Source: an uncultured Actinomycetota bacterium
Lineage (GTDB): Bacteria; Actinomycetota; Actinomycetes; Mycobacteriales; Mycobacteriaceae
Reading direction: 5' to 3'
Length of the DNA: 64,000 nucleotides
Assembly: GCA_963843135.1 (NCBI GenBank)
Contig: CAWJJA010000018.1
Location: forward strand, 310,017 to 374,016
Every line of letters begins with the position of its first letter. Within the stretch, counting starts at the first letter, position 1. The notes beneath the pieces were generated by a model. It searched no databases. It was not told where the DNA came from and saw nothing but the letters and a program-made list of their open reading frames with translations. Position numbers and translations under genes: made by a program. Shown here one piece after another: positions 10,135 to 18,191 of the stretch.

Positions 10135-11039
10135 CCGCACTACCCGAACACATCGACATCCGCGACGTCTCGTTGCGCGACGGACTGCAGATCGAGGACC
10201 CGATCCCCCTGTCGGCCAAGCTCGAACTGCTGGCAGCCGTCGCCGCCACCGGTGTGCGGGAGATGGAGGCGACGGCGTTCGTCTCACCGTCGAAGGTGCC
10301 TGCACTGGCCGACGCAGCCGAGCTGGCCGCCGAGCTGCACAACTTTCCCGACATCGAATTCTCGGCGTTGGTGGCCAGCCCCAACGGCGCCAAACGCGCG
10401 ATCGCCGCGGGTCTGGGCTCGATCGAGTACGTGGTGTCGGCCGCCGACGGCCACAGCCGCTCCAACGTCGGCCGATCCACTGCGGAGGCGACCGCGCAGA
10501 TCCCCGAGATCGTCGCGATCGCCCACGACAGCGGCGTCACCGTCGAGGTCATCATCGCCACCGCGTGGGACTGCCCGTTCGACGGCCCGACACCACCACA
10601 ACGCGTGCTGGACATCGTCGCGGCCGCCTGTGCCAACGATGCCGACCGCCTCGCGATCGCCGACACCATCGGCACCGCCACACCGCGGCGGGTCAGCGAC
10701 CTCGTGGCGCTCGTTCGCCCCCGGATCGGCGACGTCCCGCTGGGCGCGCACTTCCACAACACCCGCGGCGCCGGACTGGCCAGCGCATATGCCGCCGTCG
10801 TCGCCGGCATAACCCGGCTCGACGCATCGATCGGCGGGCTCGGCGGCTGCCCGTTCGCGCCCGGCGCCAGCGGCAACATCGCCACAGAAGACCTTGTCTA
10901 CCTGTTGCGGGACAGCGGGATTGGAGTCGACGTCGACCTGCAGGCCGCCATCGCCGCCGCCCGTGTCGCACAGATTGCAGTCGGGCACGATCTACCGAGC
11001 TCGCTGCTGCGTGCCGGCGACCGAATTCTCGACACCTAA
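10131..11039 (+). CDS. hydroxymethylglutaryl-CoA lyase-like (HMGL family) enzyme, 302 aa
   Basis: ATGA overlap with the CoA-transferase gene. Translation shows IRDVSLRDGLQIE, ...HFHNTRGAGLASAYAAVVAGITRLDASIGGLGGCPFAPGASGN. Confidence 0.88.
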   Translation: MTALPEHIDIRDVSLRDGLQIEDPIPLSAKLELLAAVAATGVREMEATAFVSPSKVPALADAAELAAELHNFPDIEFSALVASPNGAKRAIAAGLGSIEYVVSAADGHSRSNVGRSTAEATAQIPEIVAIAHDSGVTVEVIIATAWDCPFDGPTPPQRVLDIVAAACANDADRLAIADTIGTATPRRVSDLVALVRPRIGDVPLGAHFHNTRGAGLASAYAAVVAGITRLDASIGGLGGCPFAPGASGNIATEDLVYLLRDSGIGVDVDLQAAIAAARVAQIAVGHDLPSSLLRAGDRILDT

Positions 11040-11041
11040 CC

Positions 11042-11654
11042 GTGCCCGCCGAGACGCTGAGCGCCAAAGGCCGCCAGACCAGGGAGGCCATCGAAGCAGG
11101 CCGCCCGCAAGCTCTTCGCCGAGCGGGGCTTTCACGGCACCACGCTGGGCGACATCACATCGGCGGCCGGAAGATCGCCTGCGGTGTTCTACCGCTACTT
11201 CGCCGACAAGGAGGACCTGCTGGCCGCGCTCGCGCAGTCCTTTCTGCACGACGTGGTCGCACCGTCGGGATTGAGCGTCGAGGGGCCCGACTCGCCGGAG
11301 GACGACGTGTTCTTCCGCGCTGTGGTCACCGGCTACTGGAACATGTTCAAGCAGAACATCGGCATCATGATCGCGGTCGCCCAGCTCGCCGCGACGCAGC
11401 CTCGTTTCGCCGCCGTGCAAAACGAGTTCCGGCGCTTCGGCATGGATATCGTCGCAGCATCCGTGCGTCGAGCCCAGGAACAGGGCTACGGTACGGAACT
11501 GGATCCACAACACACCGCGGCGGCGATCGCGCTGCTGTTCGAGAACTTCACCACCGTCTTCGTCGGCACATCCGGCCTCGGGATCGAGATCGGAGACGAG
11601 GACGCGATCGCCACACTGACGAGGATCTGGAAGAAGACGCTGTACGGCTTCTAA
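11042..11654 (+). pseudogene. TetR-family regulator with a +1 frame disruption inside the HTH-coding region
   Basis: GTG 11042 encodes VPAETLSAKGRQTREAIEA. The HTH then continues in the +1 frame (AARKLFAERGFHGTTLGDITSAAGRSPAVFYRYFADKEDLL...) from about 11100. That frame has a TGA at 11058-11060 and no start codon before 11184. One extra base is implied at about 11097-11101 (gcaGGcc). Confidence 0.8.
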
Positions 11655-11668
11655 ACATACCCGCCGAA

Positions 11669-11718
11669 CGCACGGTTGTTGTACGCAGATCGCGGGTGCA
11701 CCCGCGAACAACCGTGCG
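11669..11718. promoter_or_regulatory. nested palindrome between the TetR pseudogene and the ACAD gene (operator and/or terminator)
   Basis: The 12-bp perfect outer arms are CGCACGGTTGTT (11669-11680) and AACAACCGTGCG (11707-11718). They enclose a perfect 16-bp palindrome CGCGGGTGCACCCGCG (11691-11706). The structure ends 30 nt upstream of GTG 11748. Confidence 0.5.
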
Positions 11719-11747
11719 CTCGGCGAAACGACTGAAAGGGAATCAAC

Positions 11748-12986
11748 GTGGATTTCTCCCTCCCGGAACATCTGCCAGGCCTGCTCGCCGACATGGACGC
11801 ATTCATCGAAGCGGAGATCAAACCGCTGGAACGCGAGAACATTCAGTACTTCGACCATCGCCGTGAGAATGCGCGCACCGATTGGGACAACGGCGGCATC
11901 CCCCGGCGCGAGTGGGAAGACCTGCTCGGCGAGATGCGCAAACGCGCCGATGCGGCGGGCTGGCTGCGCTACGGCCTGCCCTCGCAGTTCGGTGGCCGCG
12001 ACGGCAGCAACATCGACATGGCCGTCATTCGTGAGCATCTGGCGCACAAGGGGCTCGGCCTGCACAACGACCTGCAGGACGAATCGTCGATCGTCGGGAA
12101 CTTTCCGCAGGTCATCATGATGGACCGATTCGGCACCGAGCAACAGAAGAAGGAGTGGACGGACGCGCTGATCACCGGGGAACGGTCGATGGCGTTCGGG
12201 CTGACCGAACCCAACCACGGGTCGGATGCCACCTGGCTGGAGACCACCGCCGTACAACACGGCGACGAGTGGATCATCAACGGCGCCAAGCGCTTCAACA
12301 CCGGTGTGCATCGTGCCACACACGACCTCGTGTTCGCCCGCACGTCCGGCGAGCCTGGCCAGGCCCGCGGCATCACCGCGTTCCTGGTGCCCACCGACAC
12401 GCCCGGATTCTCCGTGCCGTTTTACTGGTGGACCTTCAATATGCCGACCGACCATGGTGAGGTCGAGCTGAAAGATGTCCGCGTGGCCACCGATGCGGTG
12501 CTCGGCGAAGTGGACCGCGGCCTCGAAGTCGGCCAGACCTTCCTGCACGAGAACCGAATTCGCCAGGCCGCCAGCAGTCTGGGCGCCGCGCAACACTGCA
12601 TCGACCGCGCCGTCGAGTACGCCGGCGACCGCATCGTGTTCGGCAAGCCGCTGGCGGTGAACCAGGCAGTTCAGTGGCCACTGGTGGAGTTGCAGACCGA
12701 GGCCCAGATGGTGCGGTTGCTGGTGCGCTACGCCGCCTCGGAATTGGACCGCAACCACCACATGGAAGTCTCCGACAAGGTGTCGATGGCGAACTACCGC
12801 GCCAACCGGCTGGTGTGCGAGGCCGCCGACCGGGCCATGCAGGTGTTGGGCGGCGTCGGCTACAGCCGTCACGAACCGTTCGAGCACATCTACCGCCACC
12901 ACCGCCGCTACCGGATCACCGAGGGCGCCGAGGAGATCCAGATCCGACGGGTGGCGCAGCGGCTGTTCGGATTCGGTCGCAAGTGA
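11748..12986 (+). CDS. acyl-CoA dehydrogenase (ACAD10/11- or LvaC-like subgroup), 412 aa
   Basis: GTG start follows RBS GAAAGGGAA. Translation shows MAFGLTEPNHGSDATWLETTAV..WIINGAKRFNTG and RYRITEGAEEIQIRRVAQRLFG. It is stop/start-coupled to the downstream kinase gene. Confidence 0.88.
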   Translation: MDFSLPEHLPGLLADMDAFIEAEIKPLERENIQYFDHRRENARTDWDNGGIPRREWEDLLGEMRKRADAAGWLRYGLPSQFGGRDGSNIDMAVIREHLAHKGLGLHNDLQDESSIVGNFPQVIMMDRFGTEQQKKEWTDALITGERSMAFGLTEPNHGSDATWLETTAVQHGDEWIINGAKRFNTGVHRATHDLVFARTSGEPGQARGITAFLVPTDTPGFSVPFYWWTFNMPTDHGEVELKDVRVATDAVLGEVDRGLEVGQTFLHENRIRQAASSLGAAQHCIDRAVEYAGDRIVFGKPLAVNQAVQWPLVELQTEAQMVRLLVRYAASELDRNHHMEVSDKVSMANYRANRLVCEAADRAMQVLGGVGYSRHEPFEHIYRHHRRYRITEGAEEIQIRRVAQRLFGFGRK

Positions 12987-13942
12987 AGGATCAGCTCGAG
13001 GCCGTACTGCGTCCCGGGCTGGGCGACGTCGTCGTCGAGAACCTGCGCACGCTTACCGGCGGTGCCAGCAGGACCACGTGGGCGTTCGACGCTGTCACCG
13101 ATGACCGGCGGGCGTTGATCCTGCGGACGGCACCTCCGGACGATGTGCACGCGAGCATGGAACTCGAAGCCGCGGTGCAGCAGCGGGCAGCCGCTGCCGG
13201 GGCCCCTGTCCCCCGCATCGTGACCGCCGACAATTCGTCTGCCGCACTGGGTAATCCGTATCTGATCTGCGACGCGATCGCGGGCGAGACAATCGTCAGG
13301 CGGATCTACCGCACACTCGACGATGCCGGTCGCGAACGGTTGCTCGGCCAGTGTGCGCAGGCTCTGGCGGCCATCCACCGCGCCGACCCCGACGGGATCG
13401 TCGGCCTCATCGAATCCGACCAGCTCGCAGAATGGCGCCACCGGCTCGACGAAATGGGCGACACCACAGCGACATTCGAATGGGCGTTTCGGTGGCTGGC
13501 CGCCAATCGCCCGTCACCGTCACCGCATGTGCTGGTGCACGGTGACTTCCGGATGGGCAATCTGATCGTCAACGAGAACGGTCTGGCGGCTGTCCTGGAC
13601 TGGGAGCTGGTGCACACCGGCGAGGTGTACGAGGACCTGGCCTGGTTCTGCATCCGGGCCTGGCGGTTCGGTGCAACCGAAGATCTCGGTGCGGGAGGAC
13701 TGGGCAGCGTCGAAAGCTTCCTGGTCGCCTATGAAGCCGCCGCAGGCATCGAGCTGGATCGCGACGTCTTCCGCTGGTGGCTGACCGTGGCCACCCTGAG
13801 CTGGGGAGTCATCTGCCGGTTCCAGGCCGAACGGCATCTGTCAGGCCAGAGTCCGTCGGTCGAACTGGCCGCGATCGGTCGCCGCGTCGCCGAAACCGAA
13901 TGGGACGTTCTGGATCTGCTGACGGGAGGTGGCCCCAGATGA
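12983..13942 (+). CDS. phosphotransferase (APH/ChoK-fold kinase) family protein, 319 aa
   Basis: GTG 12983 overlaps the ACAD TGA (GTGA). The catalytic loop is LVHGDFRMGNLIV followed by AVLDWELV. The longer 12674 ORF was rejected because its 5' part overlaps the ACAD gene. Confidence 0.85.
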   Translation: MKDQLEAVLRPGLGDVVVENLRTLTGGASRTTWAFDAVTDDRRALILRTAPPDDVHASMELEAAVQQRAAAAGAPVPRIVTADNSSAALGNPYLICDAIAGETIVRRIYRTLDDAGRERLLGQCAQALAAIHRADPDGIVGLIESDQLAEWRHRLDEMGDTTATFEWAFRWLAANRPSPSPHVLVHGDFRMGNLIVNENGLAAVLDWELVHTGEVYEDLAWFCIRAWRFGATEDLGAGGLGSVESFLVAYEAAAGIELDRDVFRWWLTVATLSWGVICRFQAERHLSGQSPSVELAAIGRRVAETEWDVLDLLTGGGPR

Positions 13943-14278
13943 GCGGGTTGTACGGGCGGCCGACCGCGGCCGAACTGATCGCGGCGGTCGCCGGATTTTC
14001 TCGACAACGAGGTGCGCGGCGCGATTGAAGGCCCGGTCAACTTCCACGCCCGCGTCGCCGCCAATGTGTTGCGCATCGTCGAGCGCGAACTGCTCGACGG
14101 GCCTGCCGACGACATCACCGCTGCACTCGGCGGCCTGGGCTACACCGATGAAGCCGGGCTCGCGACGGCCATCCGCGCCGGCGACCTCGACGACCGCTCC
14201 GACGACGTGGTGAGCTGCCTGCGCACGATCGTGCGTCGCCGCCTCGACGTCGCCCACCCCGGCTATGCCGATTCGTAG
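13939..14278 (+). pseudogene. small conserved protein coupled to the kinase gene, frame-disrupted in a T4 run
   Basis: ATG 13939 (ATGA overlap) encodes MSGLYGRPTAAELIAAVAGF. The reading then stops. The -1 frame continues LDNEVRGAIEGPVNFHARVAANVLRIVERELL... to TAG 14276-14278. One extra T is implied in TTTT 13996-13999. Confidence 0.7.
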
Positions 14279-14282
14279 CGGG

Positions 14283-14325
14283 TTCGGCGTGCTGGGTCAC
14301 GCTGACCGTGCCCGCGCACGCCGAA
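14283..14325. terminator. hairpin filling the gap between two convergent stop codons (copy 1 of a repeated hairpin element)
   Basis: Arms TTCGGCGTGC (14283-14292) and GCACGCCGAA (14316-14325) form a 10-bp perfect stem with a 23-nt loop. Stop codons flank it at 14276-14278 (+) and 14331-14333 (-). The stem sequence recurs at 35766-35814. Confidence 0.55.
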
Positions 14326-14330
14326 ATCAC

Positions 14331-14969
14331 TCAGAGGCGACGGGCGCGCGCGAGCCAGGCCGGTTCGTCGACCACCGATCCCACCGGCAGGCCCATGGCC
14401 TCGACATGCGGTTCCTGGACCACGCCGCGATAGGTGGTCTCGTCGAGCGCCTCGAGGACCCAGCCATCACCGAATGCCTCGCGGATCACGCGTTCACTGA
14501 CCTCGGGTCCGAATCCGCGGCCCTTGTCGGACAGCGCCAGCACATGTACCAACGCGCCCGATTTGCACACGGCATGCAGGCTGGCGACGTATCTCGGCCT
14601 GTCGGCGTCATCGAAAATGTGGAACAGCGCGCTGTCGACGATGGTGTCGTAGCGCGCCTCGGCACCGAGGTTCAACGCATCGGCGACCTCGAAGCGGGCA
14701 TCGACCCCGCCCTCGGCCGCGTTCTCGCGGGCCTGATCGATCGCGGTCGGTGCGGCGTCGACGCCGAGTACGTCGTAGCCCAACCGGGTAAGCAGGATGG
14801 AGTGCTCACCGGTTCCGCAACCGGCATCGAGCACCTTGCTGCGTATCAGGCCGGCACGTTCGAGGCCGACGATCGCCGGCTGCGGCTCGCCGATCACCCA
14901 CGGTGCGCTCCGGGTCTTGTAGGCGTCGTCAAATCGGGAGAAGGTTGGTGTGGAATCCATGAAATCCAT
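14331..14969 (-). CDS. class I SAM-dependent methyltransferase, 212 aa
   Basis: SAM motif I is VLDAGCGTGEHSILL and the post-I acidic residue is in VLGVDAAP. The start could be M1 (14969) or M4 (14960). Confidence 0.85.
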   Translation of the reverse strand: MDFMDSTPTFSRFDDAYKTRSAPWVIGEPQPAIVGLERAGLIRSKVLDAGCGTGEHSILLTRLGYDVLGVDAAPTAIDQARENAAEGGVDARFEVADALNLGAEARYDTIVDSALFHIFDDADRPRYVASLHAVCKSGALVHVLALSDKGRGFGPEVSERVIREAFGDGWVLEALDETTYRGVVQEPHVEAMGLPVGSVVDEPAWLARARRL

Positions 14970-15011
14970 GGTTCTACCTCAACCTGACTTTAGGTCAAGG
15001 GAGATCAGGGA

Positions 15012-15410
15012 ATGTCCATCACCGAATCGGGCACGCTCGTCGACGTCGCCGACCGGCTGTTCGACGCCATCGCACGCAGCGACATCGCCACGGTGAGGCA
15101 GCTCTTCGGAGACGACGTGCTGGTCTGGCACTCCGGCGACACCAGGGACAGCGCAAAAGAGCGGGCCTCGAAGATCATCGACTGGTTCATCACCACGACC
15201 ACCGATCGCCGCTACGAGATACTCGACCGCCAGTTCTTCGACGGCGGTTTCGTCCAACAGCACGTCCTGCACGCCAACAGCCGCAACGGCGCGTCGATCC
15301 ACATGCGTGTCTGCATCGTGATCAAGGTGGGCACCGATGGGCTGATCTCACGCATCGACGAGTACTTCGACCCGGCGGAGATGGCTCCACTTCTCGATTC
15401 AACGAACTGA
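15012..15410 (+). CDS. SnoaL-like / NTF2-fold protein, 132 aa
   Basis: RBS AAGGGAGA is upstream. The size and pattern (VADRLFDAIARSDIATVRQLFGDDVLVWHSGD...) are typical of the NTF2-like superfamily. Confidence 0.6.
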   Translation: MSITESGTLVDVADRLFDAIARSDIATVRQLFGDDVLVWHSGDTRDSAKERASKIIDWFITTTTDRRYEILDRQFFDGGFVQQHVLHANSRNGASIHMRVCIVIKVGTDGLISRIDEYFDPAEMAPLLDSTN

Positions 15411-15421
15411 CAGGAGACGAC

Positions 15422-15955
15422 ATGGCAAGCCTCAGCGAATTTTTCAGCGATGCAGCATCGGCGGGCACGTGGACCGCCGTTGCCGACCAATCCGCCGTCG
15501 AGGCAAAGAGCAAGTCGTTCTGGGGTGCGATGCCCGTCAAGGTCCGCTTCACAGAATTCAGCGGTGACGGCCAAGTCACCGCTCCCCAAACGGCTTTCGG
15601 CCGTATCGACATCAAGACCTCCTCGCTGCGCACCGGCATCGCCAAGCGCGACGACCATCTGCGCTCCGCTGATTTCTTCGAAGCCGAGAAGTTCCCCGAC
15701 ATCAGCGTGGTCGTCACCGCCGCGGAGCCCGTCGATGTGGACACCGTCGGTCTGCGTGCGCAGGTGACCATCAAAGGCACCACGAAGCCGTTGGAGCTGA
15801 AGGCGAAGGTGACGCCGGTGGGCGACGGCGGAATGCGACTGACGACGCAGGCGACGATCAACCGCCAGGACTTCGGAGTCGACGGCAACATGATGGGCAT
15901 GATCGGCGACAACGTGACGATCTCGGGCGACATTGTGTTCCGGCACGCGGGGTAG
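15422..15955 (+). CDS. YceI-like polyisoprenoid-binding family protein, 177 aa
   Basis: RBS CAGGAGA is upstream. Translation shows IKTSSLRTGIAKRDDHLRSADFFEAEKFPDISV and INRQDFGV, both YceI family hallmarks. Confidence 0.75.
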   Translation: MASLSEFFSDAASAGTWTAVADQSAVEAKSKSFWGAMPVKVRFTEFSGDGQVTAPQTAFGRIDIKTSSLRTGIAKRDDHLRSADFFEAEKFPDISVVVTAAEPVDVDTVGLRAQVTIKGTTKPLELKAKVTPVGDGGMRLTTQATINRQDFGVDGNMMGMIGDNVTISGDIVFRHAG

Positions 15956-15973
15956 CCCCGTACGATCGGGCGC

Positions 15974-16375
15974 ATGGTCGAGTCATCGCGTCCGCTGCGG
16001 GTCCTCGTCTACAGCGACAATCCCAGGACCCGGGAGCAGGTGCAGCTCGCGCTCGGGAAGCGCGTGCACCCCGAGCTGCCCGAGCTGACGTACGTCGAGA
16101 TCGCGACGGGCCCGATGGTGATCGTGCAGATGGATGAGGGCGGTTTCGACCTCGTGATCCTCGACGGAGAGGCCACCCCGACCGGTGGATTGGGGATCGC
16201 CAAACAGCTCAAGGACGAGATCGCCGACTGCCCTCCCGTGCTTGTACTCACCGGGCGGCCGGATGACGCTTGGCTGGCCAGCTGGTCACGTGCGGAGGCG
16301 GCAGTGCCCCATCCGATCGACCCGATCCGGTTGGGCGACGCGGTGGTATCGCTGCTGCGCACACCCGTCCAATAA
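15974..16375 (+). CDS. stand-alone response-regulator receiver domain protein (Rv3143-like), 133 aa
   Basis: It has the CheY-like layout (LRVLVYSDN..., FDLVILDGEATPTGGLGIAKQLK, PPVLVLTGR) and no output domain. It lies directly upstream of nuoA, as Rv3143 does in M. tuberculosis. Confidence 0.8.
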   Translation: MVESSRPLRVLVYSDNPRTREQVQLALGKRVHPELPELTYVEIATGPMVIVQMDEGGFDLVILDGEATPTGGLGIAKQLKDEIADCPPVLVLTGRPDDAWLASWSRAEAAVPHPIDPIRLGDAVVSLLRTPVQ

Positions 16376-16540
16376 TCTACAAACACCAATCTAGCTGTCG
16401 CACTTACCTATTCGAGGCACGACGACATAGCGGCTTGGTGCTACCAGCGATATTAACCCCAAGGTGTGGCGCTGATCGCCATGCCCGCTAGTGTGTGGGT
16501 AAGCTCACATCGACAGCCCACGAGGGAGCGTTTGCTCGGC

Positions 16541-16912
16541 ATGGATTTGTACACCCCAATATTGGTACTCGGCGCGATCGCGGCGGCCTTCGCGATCGGC
16601 TCGGTAGGCATTGCCCTGCTGGTCGGTCCCAGGCGCTACAACCACTCCAAACTCGAGCCCTACGAGTGCGGCATCGAGCCGGTGCCCGAACTCGCCAGTG
16701 CGCACTCGGCCGGCCAGCGGTTCCCGATCAAGTACTACCTCACCGCGATGTTGTTCATCATCTTCGACATCGAGATCGTCTTCCTCTATCCGTGGGCGGT
16801 GGCGTTCGACAGTCTCGGGCTGTTTGCGCTGGTAGAGATGCTTCTTTTCATGCTGGTGGTCTTCGTGGCCTACGCATACGTCTGGCGGCGGGGAGGTCTG
16901 GCATGGGACTAG
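16541..16912 (+). CDS. nuoA: NADH-quinone oxidoreductase subunit A
   Basis: ATG 16541 follows GAGGGAG. Translation shows [36 protein letters not shown]. The longer 16466 start was rejected. Confidence 0.93.
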   Translation: MDLYTPILVLGAIAAAFAIGSVGIALLVGPRRYNHSKLEPYECGIEPVPELASAHSAGQRFPIKYYLTAMLFIIFDIEIVFLYPWAVAFDSLGLFALVEMLLFMLVVFVAYAYVWRRGGLAWD

Positions 16913-17457
16913 AAGAGAAGCTGCCCGGCGGGATCCTGCTGTCCACGGTCGAGACAGTCGCCGGATACATCCGGAAGGGGTCGCTGTGGCCCGCGACCTT
17001 CGGGCTCGCGTGCTGCGCGATCGAGATGATGGCAACAGCGGGACCGCGGTTCGACATCTCCCGGTTCGGCATGGAGCGGTTCTCGGCAACGCCCCGGCAG
17101 GCGGACCTGATGATCGTCGCTGGTCGCGTCAGCCAGAAGATGGCGCCGGTGCTCCGCCAGATCTACGACCAGATGGCCGAGCCCAAATGGGTGCTGTCAA
17201 TGGGTGTGTGCGCCTCCTCGGGCGGCATGTTCAACAATTACGCGATCGTGCAAGGCGTCGACCACATCGTCCCGGTCGACATCTATCTGCCCGGCTGCCC
17301 GCCGCGGCCCGAGATGCTGCTGCACGCAATCCTGAAGCTGCACGACAAGATTCAAGAGATGCCGCTCGGCGTTCACCGCGAGGAGGCGATCCGCGAAGCC
17401 GAGAAAGCGGCACTATCGGTCACACCGACCATCGAATTAAAAGGGCTGCTGCGGTGA
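16903..17457 (+). CDS. nuoB: NADH-quinone oxidoreductase subunit B
   Basis: N2-cluster cysteines are present in [19 protein letters not shown] and [12 protein letters not shown] 16903 overlaps the nuoA 3' end by 10 nt. Confidence 0.95.
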   Translation: MGLEEKLPGGILLSTVETVAGYIRKGSLWPATFGLACCAIEMMATAGPRFDISRFGMERFSATPRQADLMIVAGRVSQKMAPVLRQIYDQMAEPKWVLSMGVCASSGGMFNNYAIVQGVDHIVPVDIYLPGCPPRPEMLLHAILKLHDKIQEMPLGVHREEAIREAEKAALSVTPTIELKGLLR

Positions 17458-18191
17458 TGGGCGCTGGCGAAGAACACACAGCACAAAGCGAGAACGGCAA
17501 CGGCGCCCAGGGTGGCCGGCAGGCAGATATCGAACCGCCCGAGATCATCGGCGTACGGCGCGGCATGTTCGGGGCCAGCGGCTCCGGCGATACCTCCGGC
17601 TACGGCCGTCTCGTGCGCCCCGTGGCACTGCCCGGCAGCTCGCCGCGCCCCTACGGCGGCTATTTCGACGAGGTCGTCGACGCGCTGGCCGCAGCCCTCG
17701 GTGAGGACGGCTACACCGCGTCGATCGAGCGGGTGGTCGTCTTCCGCGACGAGCTGACGCTGGAGGTTCGGCGCGAGCAGCTGCCCGCGGTGGCGCAAGC
17801 CCTGCGTGACGATCCCGCGCTGCGTTTCGAGCTGTGCCTCGGGGTCAGCGGCGTGCACTACCCCGACGACGGCGGACGCGAGCTGCACGCCGCCTATCCG
17901 CTGATGTCGATCACCCACAACCGCCGCATTCGCGTGGAAGTCGCCGCACCCGACGACGACCCCCACATCCCGTCGCTGTACGCGGTGTATCCGACGGTCG
18001 ACTGGCACGAGCGTGAAACCTACGACTTCTTCGGCATCATCTTCGACGGCCATCCCGCACTGACGCGTATCGAAATGCCCGACGACTGGGTGGGCCACCC
18101 ACAGCGCAAGGACTACCCCCTTGGCGGTATCCCGGTCGAGTATCACGGCGCCGAGATCCCGCCGCCCGATCAGCGGAGGTCCTACAACTGA
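17457..18191 (+). CDS. nuoC: NADH-quinone oxidoreductase subunit C
   Basis: ATG 17457 shares its A with the nuoB TGA. Translation shows [31 protein letters not shown] 17454 is an alternative start. Confidence 0.9.
   Translation: MGAGEEHTAQSENGNGAQGGRQADIEPPEIIGVRRGMFGASGSGDTSGYGRLVRPVALPGSSPRPYGGYFDEVVDALAAALGEDGYTASIERVVVFRDELTLEVRREQLPAVAQALRDDPALRFELCLGVSGVHYPDDGGRELHAAYPLMSITHNRRIRVEVAAPDDDPHIPSLYAVYPTVDWHERETYDFFGIIFDGHPALTRIEMPDDWVGHPQRKDYPLGGIPVEYHGAEIPPPDQRRSYN

Noticed and set aside
10565-11866. A 433-aa ORF, extremely Arg/Pro/Gly-rich, spanning the HMG-CoA-lyase 3' end, the TetR gene and the ACAD start.
   Set aside because: It is an alternative-frame artefact of high GC content. 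It crosses three well-supported genes and has no protein-like motifs. Only its segment from GTG 11042 to about 11099 is the real TetR N-terminus.
10992-12902. A 636-aa ORF antisense to the TetR and ACAD genes.
   Set aside because: It is a shadow ORF opposite strongly supported coding sequence, with low-complexity composition rich in Arg, Gly, Val and His.
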